64,000 nucleotides of DNA from Octopus vulgaris (lineage: Eukaryota), in contig OX597814.1 in the NCBI GenBank assembly GCA_951406725.2, positions 156,240,001-156,304,000 on the forward strand. The letters are read 5' to 3'. Of the stretch, positions 42,500 through 55,919 are shown in pieces; the first letter of the stretch is position 1, and every line of letters begins with the position of its first letter. Made by a program: the position numbers and the translations under genes. Under the pieces are notes generated by a model. It had not been told where the DNA came from, did no database searches, and was given only the letters and a program-made list of their open reading frames with translations.

Positions 42500-42881
42500 T
42501 CGTTAATATTATGTTAAACTGTCGTATTTCCAAATTTGGCCAAATGCGTTTTTTTGCAATATTTAATTTGGCTTGCAATAGCCGGTTCTTTTGGTCAAAC
42601 TATCGTATCTCCAGCTGCTTTAAATGAAAATTGTCAAAATGTAGTACAACGGTTTAGAATTTTTTCAAAAGTGTAGGAAGTCCCGCGTGCGACAGTTTTG
42701 CAAAAATATTCTGACTGAAAATATCATACGTGCATGGAGTTACCATTTAATGCACCCGACAAAGTATTAGTATTAAGTTTACACTTGCTAATGTAAAAAG
42801 GAATGGAATGGTGAAACTATTTTTACGTTTTCTGAAAAAGCAACGTTTTGGACTTACGACACTTTTGCATAATAGCAACGA
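42500..42881. mobile_element. MITE with ~40-bp imperfect TIRs in TA context
   Basis: tcgttaatattatgttaaactgtcgta..tccaaa versus the reverse complement of tttgga.ttacgacacttttgcataatagcaacga. Confidence 0.6.
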
Positions 42882-42912
42882 TATATATATACACACATAC
42901 AGAATAAATGCC

Positions 42913-42963
<51 letters not shown>

Positions 42964-43055
42964 TTCACCATGTGCTACTCCTAACACCAGCCGTTTTTTT
43001 CTCTATCTCCGTTGCCCGCTCCGGGATCTTTCTTTCCTCTCTCTTCCTTCTTTAT

Positions 43056-43090
43056 GTTTCCGACGAAGAGCTCCGCTCGAAACGTCATAC
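43056..43090 (+). ncRNA. Hammerhead-like motif (CCGACGA core variant)
   Basis: gttt-CCGACGA-a-GAGC tcc GCTC-GAAA-cg-TC-atac; loopless palindromic ACGT stem III. Confidence 0.55.
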
Positions 43091-43279
43091 CTCCCTGCTT
43101 CCATTTCCTGAGCGCCTATTAATAATAATACTGTAATTGTTCCATTGTTGTTGTTTTTTTGTTTCCCGTTTGGATTAAAAATATATATATATATATATAC
43201 ATTCAAAATGTGACCGCGTGTGTACCGTTGGCGATTTTTTTCGTCTGTCTTCCCTTCTCTGGATCTTTCCTTCTCCTAT

Positions 43280-43314
43280 GTTTCCGACGAAGAGCTCCGC
43301 TTGAAACGTTAAGC
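43280..43314 (+). ncRNA. Hammerhead-like motif (CCGACGA core variant)
   Basis: gttt-CCGACGA-a-GAGC tcc GCTT-GAAA-cg-TT-aagc. Confidence 0.5.
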
Positions 43315-43410
43315 CCTCGTTCTTTCCTTCTTTACTGAGCGTCCAATAATACTATATTTGTTCCACGTCCTCGCGTTGTTGTGTTTTTTTGTGCTTTCTT
43401 GTTTGGATTA

Positions 43411-43474
<64 letters not shown>

Positions 43475-43699
43475 ACAGTTATATACATACACTCTCACAC
43501 AAACATATATATATATACATATATACACATACATTCTTTCAGTTATGCATATGAGATGAGTAACAGTCGATGTATTCATGGTCAGAATATAGAACGCAAG
43601 AAAGATGTTTATTGTTTAGTTTCTGTTTCGCCATTGGGTCACTGCACTTGTGAAAAGGGAAAACAGAATTGCTTTGTATGATATGTTCCCGACAGTTAT

Positions 43700-44575
43700 G
43701 TATGTTCATTTAGTGGTTTATTTCTTTTGCATGATTCCCTGATTTGATGTCAGTGTATTGTCATTCTTTTTCTTAGTGTCATACCCCTTTGTCCGATATA
43801 GTATTCTCGGTATCTTTACACGTTGTAATGCAGATTGGGTTGTACGAATTTCAGGGAAACTCCTTTCTAATTTGAAAGGTAAATGAAATGAAATTCGGAA
43901 TCTTCTAATCATCTACATACTTTTGGGTCAGCCCTTTGAGTATATATATTTGCATTAGTCAATGCTCTTTTTTTTACGATTCTGTATCTTTAGATATATG
44001 TTCGTGAAATATTCGGTTTTCTTGGATTAAAATATATGGGATACTATCTTTCCTTCGGTTTTGTTGTTCGGAGTTCTTAAGTATCAGTTTCTTTGGAGTT
44101 CTGAATTGCAACTTCAAGCTGTTTTATGGAGTATTTTCTTATTATAAGTATTTCTTATATTTCGTTTAATCTTCAGTCTCTCGTTTCAGGGTTTGATACA
44201 ATTGTGCCTGTTCGTTTAGCTAGACTGAATTGGCTGTTGCTTTGTGTGTAGTTTGGGTAACATAATGTGAATAGGAGGTATTGTCGTGCGTCGGTGAGTT
44301 TAAAGTATATGCCGGTTTCCGGTAGTGTGAAAACTTTTGCTAAATTCCATGATGAATTGAATGTGAGGATTTATGTTGTTCATAAGATTTTGGAATTGCT
44401 TCAGTTTCTCAATATTTTCCTTCCACAAATGAAACAACCATCTAGAAACCTCTTTCAGTTTTCTTTTAAAAAAGCTGAATTATTTTCCCAAGGTTGCTAA
44501 GAATTTCTTAAAGAACAAGTTGGTATACGTGGACGCAAATTTTGTGCCCATAGCCGTTCCTGACATTTGTCAATA
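43700..44575 (-). pseudogene. Decayed Penelope-like RT fragment
   Basis: Minus strand encodes QMSGTAMGTKFASTYTNL (~44520-44572) and RFLDGCFI (~44430-44452), paralleling SGIAMGT/RFLDDCF of the younger element; many stops and frameshifts; lower boundary approximate. Confidence 0.75.
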
Positions 44576-46956
44576 TATAATTCTGAGCTGTGATATATTA
44601 ATAAAACAATAATGTCAGACAACCCATGATAAAGTGGCAAATTATGAATTTTTAAGATCTCAGAACACCAAGAAAAAGCAGTCAGATCTTCAACGTCATA
44701 TCTTACAATTATGTGTTCAACACCCTAACCACTAAATCACACACATTAAATAAATAAATTGACTAATATTGACTAATATTCCTCTGGAGAAGCCTCAAAA
44801 CGACTAAATAGTCAAGGCTGGAATGCTTTTGATTGTAGATGTCACCGATGAGATTTGTCAACGAGAAAATCCTTGCAGTATTAGCAAAAGTACCAATAGC
44901 ATTAGTATTATGACAAGTAACACCATGGATAATACCGGTGTAAAGGTGTGTCAGCCCATGTTTCGGATAGGAAGCGGAATCTTGGAAAAGGGTGACAAGC
45001 ATGCATTTATGAGCAGTTGACTGTTCAAACTCGACCGATGCACTTGTTGGATTGTTATTACCATAAAATATATACCGTCTGGAGTTGATAGAGATTGTTC
45101 ACACATATGGTTTTAGTATCAATAATCTTTTGGTTTATATAGCATGTTCTCACTCATTCTTTCCTCCTCTCTTTCTTCTTTTATGTCTGGCGCTCTGTTT
45201 GTATTTCTGTCTCATTTCTCCCTTTCTTTCAATCTCTCTCTCTCTCTGACTTTCTGTCTCTTACATACACCCAATCTCTCTCTCTCTCTCTTTCTCTCTC
45301 TCTGTTGTGTGTTTCTATGCACTTGTGTGACCGGGCATTTATGCGTGCATATTTTGTGTGCGTGTCATCTACAACTCAGAACCAGTCTGCTTAAGCTTTC
45401 AGATAAACACACCAGCAAAAGATATATATTTTGATAAACATCATACTTTTGTGTAGAGGATTCGTAAAGAGCGAGTTTACAATTTCTTTTTATTGTTCAG
45501 TTTTGGTGCTAAATTAATTCTCCAGAAGATTACCTTTCAGTACTGATAAAGAACATATTTATTCATATTTTAAATCTAAATCGAAATTCGTTATCTCCAA
45601 CTTTTGTAAAATGCGTCTGTTTGCCAGTCAACTGTAGTCAAAAATAAATATATCACTCATCATTGAGAAAACAATATTTGTTCGTTCATATGTATCTAGA
45701 AAAATGAGAAGATGAATAAAACTATAAAATAGAGGGTAGTGAGAAGGTGGGAATTTTTAAGAGGGAGATGTAGTGATGGGCATTTATAGATGTTATTCAC
45801 AGCGGAAAAACTCTAATTATAAGCGAAGAGAGTTCTATCATTTCGATTTACTGTCAGTAGTTTAAAAACCGTTAATCAACCGGAAACACAATGACAGATA
45901 GATGTACGTCTGATGAATTTATCAACTAAGTTTAATAGTATTCATTTTTTAAATTTGCCAGCGTTTTATTTTGATGATTTATGTTATTTTATAACTAATA
46001 TTTTTGCTGAAATCATATTTACATTTGCAATTAGAAACTAACCGAAGACTAAATAATATGTATGAAGATCGCTTGAACAAACTAAATTATAATAGCTTTC
46101 GGGTGGTATTTATTAAACATTCTATTTGATCTAAATTTTCTTTTTTTAATTATTTCTAAAATTGTTTTATATAACCCTATGAGGATTTGGTAAAGAATAA
46201 TCTGTCATTTTTAATTCATTGTTATATACGATTTCATCATTATAACCACATGCGCATACGGGACTTCAGTTTCGTCATTTTCAATTTACCATTATTCGAT
46301 CAATTATATTCCTTTACCATTATTCAATCAATTATTTTCTAATGCTTGGCCGAATAGGGATTTATATAAAAGTTTTAATGAATTATTCAGATCCCGAACA
46401 AATACATAATAAATATATACAAGAATGGATAGAGCTATATTATTTTTTATCATGCTTCATTGTGTAAAGTAATGTATATATTTTTCTATTATATTCTATT
46501 GAGCAATGGTGCTTTTATATTTTTATTGATACTATTTCACGCCGAGGGAAGAATTAGCAAGATTACCAGTTGTGCTTCCCTAGAAGTAGATACTCAGGTT
46601 TCATGCTTATCTATGGTTGATTCCTCCTCCGGACACACTGCGAGGAGATGGTTTCATCAGTGATCTCTTCTAACGTACTGTATATTACAAAATAACATTT
46701 TATTTTTTAACATACGACTCTTCAAAAGTAAAACGAGAAACTGTTGAATTCAAACTTTCAACATTAAGAGCGTAAATCAAAATGACTTCAACTAAGAATG
46801 AAAACTGTAACCAGTGTTTACCACTCATCTATAGAATTTCCAATAATGACAACTTCCAAGACAGGATACTGATTTTGAAAGGGGGAGAATTATAGTCACT
46901 TTATCCACACCAGTACGCATTTTATTAATAACTGGAATAATGAACGTACACATGCC

Positions 46957-47357
46957 ACTCTTTTACTTGTTTCAGTAATTTGACTGCGGCCATGCTAGAG
47001 CACTACATTTAGTCGAGAAAATCGACCCAGGACTTATTCTTTGTAAGCCTAGTACTTATTCTATCGGTTCTCTTTTGCCGAACCGCTAAGTTACGGGGAC
47101 GTAAACACACCAGCATCGGTTATCAAGCGATGTTGGGGGAAAGACACAGACACACAAACATATATACACACACACACACATACATATATATATATACGAC
47201 GGGCTTCTTTCAGTTTCCGTCTACCAAATCCACTCACAAGGCTTTGGTCGAGCGAGGCTATAGTAGGAGACACTTGCCCAAGGTGCCACGCAGTGAGACT
47301 GAATCTGGAACCATGTGGTTGGTAAGCAAGCTACTTACCACACAGCCACTCCTGCCA
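46957..47357 (-). mobile_element. SINE family B, near full length
   Basis: Collinear with the 60500-60892 and 49395-49832 copies. Confidence 0.88.
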
Positions 47358-47484
47358 CTGGTGAATTACAAAACAGAAATTTACCAAAATTGGATTTAGT
47401 ATTGATTCAGAACTTAAATACTATCTGCTCAGGATAAGACATAGTCAAGCAATTCTTTTGTGGTAAATATTCGTAGGAGTTTTC

Positions 47485-47682
47485 GCAAATGAGTAACTTT
47501 GAAGTGAAGGGGGACATAGATTACATCGAATCCAGTATTTAACCAGTATTTATTTTATTGACCCTTAAAGAATGAAGAGCAGGTCGACTGTAGTAGCCGT
47601 TGAACTCAGAACGTAAAGAGGCGGAAGAAATGCTTCTAAGTCCTATGTCCAGCACAAGAGATATTCTGCCAATTAGCCGCCT
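47485..47682 (-). mobile_element. SINE family A, degenerate
   Basis: ttgaactcagaacgtaa...attctgccaattagccgcc. Confidence 0.65.
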
Positions 47683-47708
47683 TCTTTTATGATAAATAGT
47701 TTCACAAT

Positions 47709-48123
47709 AGCATTATTAAATATCTGAACGAGATGTAAACAGTAACCGCTCGACAATGTAAAGTATAATAGCCATCACAATATGGCTAACCACAAAGGGT
47801 GGGTGTTACTGTAGCTTTTAGCCCCAGGAGATCATCGTCTCCAGCTGGCTTTAGGCACACTATCTGTGTCCTTATGGCATTTGTAAAGGGAGGCCATCCC
47901 TTTCTCGTAAGCCTAAGTGATACGCACTGGACCGCAGTTTCGAGGTTGTTGTCTCTTGTCAACGGGCGGTAATCACCGGATTACGATGAAAGGGAAAGCC
48001 TGTATGCAACTACTTAAGTGTTTTTCTAGTAACTTCCGTCACTGATTTCGAAAAACTGTCTGCAAGCATTATTAAATCTCTGAACGAGATGTAAACAGTA
48101 ACCGCTCGACAATGTAAAGTATA
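47709..48123. mobile_element. ~297-bp insertion flanked by a 59-bp direct repeat
   Basis: 47709-47767 and 48065-48123 match at 58 of 59 positions. Confidence 0.7.
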
Positions 48124-48686
48124 GCTCTAGAAATTGCAAAATGTTTTGCCGTTGTTATACAGACAAGTCTCAGCTCTTTCCGAACAAATATATGATTAAA
48201 GGTGTTCCAATCACCACCATCTTGTCATTTTATGGGTATCTCAGACTAAATTATCCAATGTACCCTACGTGGGCAGTTTACTGTCAATGGCAAAAAAGAT
48301 TTTAGCTGTTAATTTTAGTAGCTAGTATGAAAACATAGAGGCTTAAATTTTCATGCGTTATCTAAGTAAGTGAAAGGTTCCAATCATCGACAGCCAAAGG
48401 GCTACCATTTAAAAACAAAATATGGTAATCTAAAGCGAGTTGCGCTGGCGTAGTATGTCGAGAGTTTATGAACAACCAGTTGAAATACGATGTGGAAAAA
48501 TGTTATTCTAAAGTCTGTTACATTTTTTTTACTTGTTTATCAACGGAATCTTTTAGCTTAACAGCGATCCATATCTAATAATTTCCTCTCTACGGAGATA
48601 AATTGTAATCATGTCGGTTTGGCACTTAGCGTTTTCAGTGAAATGACTTGTAAGATCATTAAGTTGTCAGTGAGACTTTAACAAGC

Positions 48687-48743
<57 letters not shown>

Positions 48744-49109
48744 TGTGTGTGTGTGTGTGCGTAATTTTTAATGACTGTTTAGAGTACGTGTGCCACGTAA
48801 GAATTTAGGCTGGCCCCAAATGCTTGTTCCAAATAGTGAGATTAACAGATAAGGTTATGTTAAATTCTAACACAGTTCATCATTGTTAATTTTGCTTTGA
48901 TTCTTCCAAAGCGTTAACTTAACAAATCAAAGCAAAGCAATTTGGAAGTTAGATTTTGATAATCTTAAAGATGTGCATATCTAGAGAGAGGGTGTCAGGT
49001 TTCTCTTTATTCAATTCCCTCTCTCACTTTCTCTCACTCTTTCTTTTTGACATAAATGTAGTTATATGTGTGTGTGGAGGGTGTTGTGCTTGTGTGTACA
49101 CATATAACG

Positions 49110-49360
49110 TGATCATATCACCGAGCGGACTGTTAGATATTACACACCACTGGTCACAATGCGCTTTAGCCTTCAAATGAGGACACTCCGCTGGCCAGGC
49201 GAGCAGGGCAACATTCCCCACTTGATCGAAAGCCGGACTGGAGCAACCTAAAATAAAGTGTTTTTGGTCAAGAAAACAACTTGCCACTCGGTCTGGGAAT
49301 TGAAACCACTGTCTACCTATTGTATGTGCAACACCCTTCACATCAGACCACGCATCCCTC
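49110..49360 (-). mobile_element. Degenerate tRNA-derived SINE (fourth family)
   Basis: Minus-strand B box ggtttcaattcccagacc followed by gttgttttcttgacc...actttatttt; a similar head occurs on + at 29589-29646. Confidence 0.5.
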
Positions 49361-49394
49361 ACAACTATATATATATATGTGTGTGTGTATATAT

Positions 49395-49832
49395 GTAGGA
49401 GTGGCTGTGTGATAAGTAGCTATAGGTGTAAGAGTGGCTGTGTGGTAAGTAGCTTGTTTAGGAAACACATGGTTCCGGGTTCAGTTTCGCTGCGTGACAC
49501 CTAGGGCAAGTTTCTTCTACTATAGCCACGGGCCGACCAAAGCCTTGTGAGTAGATTTTCTAGATGGAAACTAAAAGAAGCCCGTCGTATATATGTATAT
49601 ATATATATATATGTATGCGTGTGTGTATATGTTTGTGAGTCTGTGTTTGTCCCCCAAACATCGCTTGACAACCGATGCTGGTGTGTTTACGTCCCCGTAG
49701 CTTAACGGTTCGGCAAAAGAGACTAGGCACACAAAGAATAAATCCTGGGGTTGATTTTCTCGACGAAAGGCGGTGCTCCAGCATGGCCACAGTCAAATGA
49801 CTGAAACAAGTAAAAGGTTAAAGAGTAAGAGT
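49395..49832 (+). mobile_element. SINE family B with duplicated 5' head
   Basis: gagtggctgtgtg.taagtagct occurs twice (~49399 and ~49433); B box ggttcagtt; tail aaagagtaagagt. Confidence 0.85.
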
Positions 49833-50050
49833 ATATATAAAGAGACAGAGAGAAAGAGTGAGAGAGAGATTTATGATGTTGCACTATGGAAGAAGTTCCT
49901 ATGGTTGTCGCACGACCTACCTCCAAGAGTAGTGAAAATAATTTGCTGGCTTGTTAGTCGATTACTTCAGTTAGTCGATGTTTGAGACATATTTCATCCA
50001 GTAAGAAAGCCATTGACTGTATTTTGTCATGGAGAAAATTTCTCGCAGAG

Positions 50051-50586
50051 ACAAATAGGTGTAAATATACTAAGTGAGCTTACAGTGCTACCTAACCAGA
50101 TTGTGGGATTCATCCATTTCGGATTGATTATCTCCGCTTCAACCATAGATACCGGAAAGGCAAGCACTGCTGACACGAGAGATAGGTTGCAAGAATTTAT
50201 AGTTTAACGGGACTCACATACTCAATGATTTGACTAGTTAACTACACCTTTTATATAATTAGGTGTTCAATACTCTAAATTCATTGCATTAAATAGTTAA
50301 CTTTGCTTTTCGTCATTTACAAATAGGTGTAAATATACTAAGTGAGCTTACAGTGCTACCTAACCAGATTGTGGGATTCATCCATTTCGGATTGATTATC
50401 TCCGCTTCAACCATAGATACCGGAAAGGCAAGCACTGCTGACACGAGAGATAGGTTGCAAGAATTTATAGTTTAACGGGACTCACATACTCAATGATTTG
50501 ACTAGTTAACTACACCTTTTATATAATTAGGTGTTCAATACTCTAAATTCATTGCATTAAATAGTTAACTTTGCTTTTCGTCATTT
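50051..50586 (+). repeat. Tandem duplication, 2 x 268 bp
   Basis: 50051-50318 appears identical to 50319-50586. Confidence 0.92.
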
Positions 50587-51799
50587 AAAATATATACAAC
50601 TAAGTTTTTAGTGGTGTCTAGGTTCGAATCAATTGTCTAGGACCTTGCCTTTACGAGAAATGTCTATAAAATATACCGTTACGTGCAGTGAAGAGAACAA
50701 AGATAAAATCGGTAAAATAAAATTCAATTGACAGACAGTTGATCTGAGATAATTGATTTACTAAATAGTTTGAACTTTACAATTTACTTAGCTTATTCGC
50801 CTGTATTTTTAAATAAATAAATTCTATAAAATTAGATAACACCAAAAAAGAGAAAAGTTTCTCTAAATCTCAAATATGTTAAAACTATTAATCAATTAAG
50901 CTGTTCTGATGTTCCTATGCTTCCTAAATAAAGAGCATTTAGTACTTCGTGCTACATTTAAATTATTTATTCAGAACATTTAACGAAAAATATAGACTAA
51001 TTTACTTTGTTATTTCTGAATGCTGCAGTCAAAGCATATATTTTATTGCGCCTAGTAATTAAGGGTTATATTCTAATTATATGTTCGAATTAACATTTTG
51101 TCTGAAAAAAAATTTCTTGTCATGATTAACTCATTAATATTTATGATAGTAATATCTAAATAAATTTACGAGGCAATATTCAAATAAATTAGACTGGTGT
51201 AAAAATTAAATGAATATGAAATTAATTATAATTAAATGTTATACTTTATATTATATTTTTTCCATTTTCTTAAGATAACAAACATATAATGAACAGAAAT
51301 ATCGCTTCTGTTCCTATAAATCGGAGTTGTATATTCTAACGTATAGCTAGGTCATAAAAAAACGTATTCACACTTTATATATAATTTAACTAATCTCCAT
51401 CATTACATTATAGTGACTATGCAATGTAGATGAAATCAAGTCCCGAAAGACACGTTATACAACATAAATATAAGAAAACAACAGTGTAAACCTAGACATA
51501 AGTACATACACACAGTCACATTGTTACACATACACTCTTGAAACACGCTGACACGCGCATAAACTTACATGTTTAGACATATTTTTTATATGAAAATATT
51601 TATATTAGTTTCCAGTTCTTTAAATTGAGATCTATGTAAGAAAATGTTCTAATGAATGTTTAAAACACCACCCTTTGCATGGTTCAACCGGATGTGTGTG
51701 GTGAGAGTTGTGTATGTTTGTGTATGTAGTTGAATGCATGTGTATAAATGTGTGTGCATGTATGCATTCATATTTACACACATACATGTATACATAATA

Positions 51800-52733
51800 C
51801 AGTCTGCGATGGGTAAATTGTCGCCATTTGCTATTTTAATTTCGCGCATGCGCATTTTTTGTTTTTGATTTTGTCGACTGCACAGTATCATGTGGTCAGT
51901 TGGGCACTGTCTGTGAGTAAAACGACACCATGAAATTTGGAAATGACATGCAATACTACTTGGCATTCGCGATGGAAGCTCCAAGAGGAACATACATTTC
52001 AGAGTGATTTGGAGTCAATCTGAGGACAGTGCAGTCTGAGGACACGCACCGAGACTGTTAAAAATCAAAAATCCAGTCAACATCATAGTGTTTGAAGGGA
52101 TCGCTAATGATTACGACGTTATACCTCCATTCATCTTCTCCGCACGGCCTCAAACTCAAAACGGAGGCCTACATCAAGTGCCTGGAGGGGGTAGTGCTGC
52201 GCTGAGTCAAGTGGGTGTCTGCTGGAAGACACTATGTTTGGCAACACGACTCTGCACCATACTACACAAGCAGGAGAACCCAATCAGGGCTGTCAGACAA
52301 TTTCAGCGACCACATCACCCCTAACATCTGACCACCTAACTCCCCAAACTGCAACCCCTTGATTATTATGTGCGGGACGCAGTTGAGCGAAGACCAACAA
52401 AACTCCTCGTAAAACCAAAGATGAACTGAACGCAAGGATTATAGCAGCATTCAGCATCTTAAACAAGGAGACCGTTCAGAAGAGCTGCAGAAGATTTCGA
52501 AGTCGTCTGGAGGCCGTGGTTGAAGCCAATGGCGATTTTATTGAATAAATTTACTCTTTAGTATTTTCAAGATATTTTTATGGAATTTTAGTAAATATAT
52601 CTGTCACAATATGATGTCAGTGTTTTACTGACCGCACTCTACTGTACTGTGCAGTCGACCGAATCAAAAATAACCAATGTACATGCGTGAAATTAAAAAT
52701 ATAAAATGGCGAAAATTTACCCAAATCACCCTA
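51800..52733 (+). mobile_element. Internally deleted Tc1/mariner transposon, DD37D (maT-like)
   Basis: Imperfect TIRs of ~85 bp (gggtaaattgtcgccattt...gtcgactgcacagta / tactgtgcagtcgac...aaatggcgaaaatttaccc) with TA flanks. Remnant WQHDSAP (D at 52248) and *PPNSPNCNP-DYYV (D at 52361): 37 residues lie between the two D's once one deleted base is restored. Confidence 0.82.
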
Positions 52734-53429
52734 TACTTATGGAAAGAAGAGGTGTATTGTCACGCAGGAAAAATATAGAATTTGTTTTTGAAAATTCGCT
52801 TGAATATGAAAAATGTGTAGCTGTTTTTAAATAGTTTTATTCACATTCATACCAGACTAGTTACAACAATTTTTAGTTTATATATGTTAGAAGTTTTTAT
52901 AAAACAATGGGATTTTAACGCAGTTTAAAGTTACGAAGTAGACATCGAACAAACATATTTAAACGATCAAACGTTAATATAAAATTCAATTACAGGGATA
53001 GATAATATCAAAGTAAATGTTCGGCGAAGAATATAATAAATGCACATTGCTAAAAGCTCGATCATATTGAGTTTTTATAGAATACGTAGACAAGAGAAAG
53101 GAAAAATAAAAGGAGAAAAAAATGTTCTTTTATAGTTTCTGTCATCTTGCGTGTAGTTCTTTCGTCTGTCGCGCACTGGTCTTTTCACTTTTAACGGAGT
53201 ATTGGGGAAATCAGAGATTATCTTGTGTGTATATATGTTTTTATGCGAAAGGGTCTAATTTTTGATTCGTTATAATTTTGATGACGTCTTATTCTTTCTG
53301 GTGGATGATTTTGATAAAAAAAATAGATTTTGTTCTGGCATTAGTGTTTTGGTTGATTAGTTGGTTGGTTTATTGGTTGGCTGGTTGGTTGGTTGGTTGG
53401 TTGGTTGGTTGGATCCGGGTACATAGGAA

Positions 53430-54035
53430 CAGGTTTTGATTGGTAGTGGGTTTCGTGACGTCACATTATTTTAATAAAGAACCTGTTTTTGTTTTGGTCA
53501 AGTTTGGCATTCTGCTTGGTTGATTTCCCTGAAGGGACTCGCTTGTTAGTTTATTCCCAATGGTCATCAACCATTCTGGTTAGTTAATTCTCTTAATGAG
53601 TCAGTTTTTCTGAGGGTCTGGTTCTGTTCAGAGGTAAAATTTCATTGATGTAGTGAGAAATGGTGTTTGAGGTGTATGGTATTATTGTATAGTGATTTGA
53701 GGTTGGGATTTCGAAATCCAGGAGAGAGCTTGTCTCTAGAATTTTCGAACTATGTCTGTTGTATCTGGTTGTTGTTTTTTTTATTTATGGAGAGATTGAG
53801 GTTTTCTTCTTTCTAGTGTGTTATTAAAGGAGATTTAGTTGCAGTTTATATTTTTTTAAAGAGCATATTTTCTTTATTCAATCGGAATTGGGTTGAAGTG
53901 TTTCTAGTACATTGATAGATAGGGAAGATTTTGTATTTAGGGTTTACATCTGCGGAGCATTGATCTAGGTGTTTGCTAATGGGAATTTTCCTGGTCGTGG
54001 TTCCCGGCATTGTTGCCTGTGTATCGCCAGTCTGT
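53430..54035 (-). pseudogene. Decayed 3' end of a Penelope-like element (GIY-YIG C-terminus + UTR)
   Basis: IPISKHLDQC...KIFPIYQCTRNTSTQFRLNKE aligns by eye with IPFSEHIEKC...LIFPFYQCAFGSSTQMRLNKE of the 35-37 kb element. Confidence 0.7.
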
Positions 54036-55019
54036 CCCTCAAGGTCAATCAAGTTTGACCTATGTAGTCTCCATCACACCCACCTGCGTGACAACAGGTG
54101 ACGTTGTGTGTACCGTGTTTTTGCATTTTAGAATTGAGCACGATTGTTCAGCGCATACCAAAGCTAAGTTTACATTTAAGAAAAATGTTTGCACAGTCTA
54201 TTTACCACCAAAATTGTAGTTCACTTATTCAGTTGCATGACCCATAAAGACTCTGCTCTATAAAGACGAAATACCGGTCGCTTTTCATAAAACGTATGTT
54301 AGATACAATAAATGCAAGTAAGTCTGTATGAATATCAAACGAAAGATGTTTTTTGGTTCATTGCTAAAGAGTGACATATTTTGACATTTGAAAATTCACT
54401 AGATAAATGTGTTGACAATGATTTTACAGGATTCCTTGTATCAAACGAAATAAAGTTCTTCATAATTTGCTTGACTATGCAAAAAGTGTCACAGGACCTG
54501 TTGCCAAGGAAATGGCAAGTTATCTAAATGAAAAAAATGTAACCAAATGGATGAATGTCAACAAAGAGTCGTTGGTTTTGTGCTAACTTCAGACTCTTAA
54601 TGCTGATAAAAACAAAAGAAGTGATGAAAACAAAGCAGTTGTCGTTGAAAGACATTTGATTGACAAGTTAATCAAATTCGTGGGAGAAGCGATTACATTC
54701 ACTACACAGAAAGAGCTAATGAATATTTATTTGGTGTTTGATGAATTATAGAGTAACAAAAAAGTCAAATGAAGTAACTTCACTTAAACGAAATGTTTAA
54801 AAAGATAGTGAAACAGAATGTGTGCCCTGTAACCTCAAATTTAAGCACTCCAGTTTCCATCTTGCAATATCGGAAATACGAAATACAATGTTGAACAACG
54901 AAAAAAGTAGTAATCCTGATGATCCAGAAAATTTTTAAATATGTCACCTTGAGGCAGAGATCGTGTAGCATCCTATTAATTCAGTTATTAATTATTGTAC
55001 TTATCTACAGATGTAATGC

Positions 55020-55067
<48 letters not shown>

Positions 55068-55071
<4 letters not shown>

Positions 55072-55249
55072 GGAAAGTTTACAAAAAAAACAAAAGACGA
55101 AGACAGGTGGTGTACAAAACAAACAAATGTATTAGTATAGCGCTCAGGAATAGAAAAAGTCTTTTACGTTTCGAGCCTACGCTCTTCTACAGAAAGGGAC
55201 ACAGAAAAAACAAGGAGAGAAACAAGGAGAGAAAAGATGGCTAACGATC

Positions 55250-55250
<1 letters not shown>
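55068..55250 (-). mobile_element. Short pLTR-like element embedded in (TA)n
   Basis: Shares cgctcaggaa and the hammerhead block with the 22.7/43-kb elements; (TA)n on both sides. Confidence 0.6.
55161..55196 (-). ncRNA. Hammerhead-like motif (CTGTAGA core variant)
   Basis: Minus strand cttt-CTGTAGA-a-GAGC gtag GCTC-GAAA-cg-TA-aaag. Stem I cttt/aaag covaries with gttt/aaac of the other copies. Confidence 0.55.
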
Positions 55251-55301
<51 letters not shown>

Positions 55302-55919
55302 TGTAGACCTAAGTAGTTAAAAAAATTCTATTTAAGAACAGTAAGAAGTTAATAGCTAAGTATATCAAAGTAAGAGAACATTTTAATAAGAATTTATAGA
55401 AAATAAGAAGAAATATATATAACTTACATTTGAAGAGACAAGGTATTAAAATTTGAGGTAGGGAAGAGATAAAGAGGAGACAGTATGTATGGGCGTAATG
55501 AGAGTTAGAGGTATTCAGACTGAAGAGATTTTATAAGTTGCAATGTTACAGGTGCCATTACGTATATGATTATATAGATTCTAGGGGGTATATCATTAGG
55601 AGACTTACTTAAATAAAGGCCAGTACAAATAAACATCGGTAGGGTAGAACATCATAGAAAGGAAAAACATTTTAATCACCAAAAATATGATGAAATCAGA
55701 AGAATTAGGCAGGTGTTTTCAAGGGATAGTAATTACATATAGCACTCTACATACCATAACATATAGTTTATAACATATGCAATGCAATTTAATTCACCAT
55801 ATGACTCAATTACCTATGATTTTATTATATTTAATACTCGAGGATAAGTATACAACGGATAAGACACCAAAATTAATTTCCACTATCACAGTTCAAGTAT
55901 GGCACCTATAGTCGCTAGT

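Larger units (their letters stand above)
42962..43415 (+). mobile_element. Two related short pLTR-like elements in tandem (42962-43180 and 43210-43415), each ending in (TA)n
   Basis: Shared blocks tatgtttccgacgaagagctccgct.gaaacgt, ctgagcg...aataatact and gtttggattaa. Confidence 0.65.

Noticed and set aside
44763-45020. Short ORFs as a candidate N-terminal/transmembrane exon of the synaptotagmin gene
   Set aside because: No plus-strand transmembrane segment with compatible splice sites.
53440-53472. gtgac/gtcac-GAAA on the minus strand in the decayed Penelope UTR
   Set aside because: The CUGANGA half is missing; at best a dead ribozyme remnant.
54430-54960. Fragmented reading frames reminiscent of a pogo/Tigger transposase C-terminus
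   Set aside because: No catalytic motif or TIR pair could be established.
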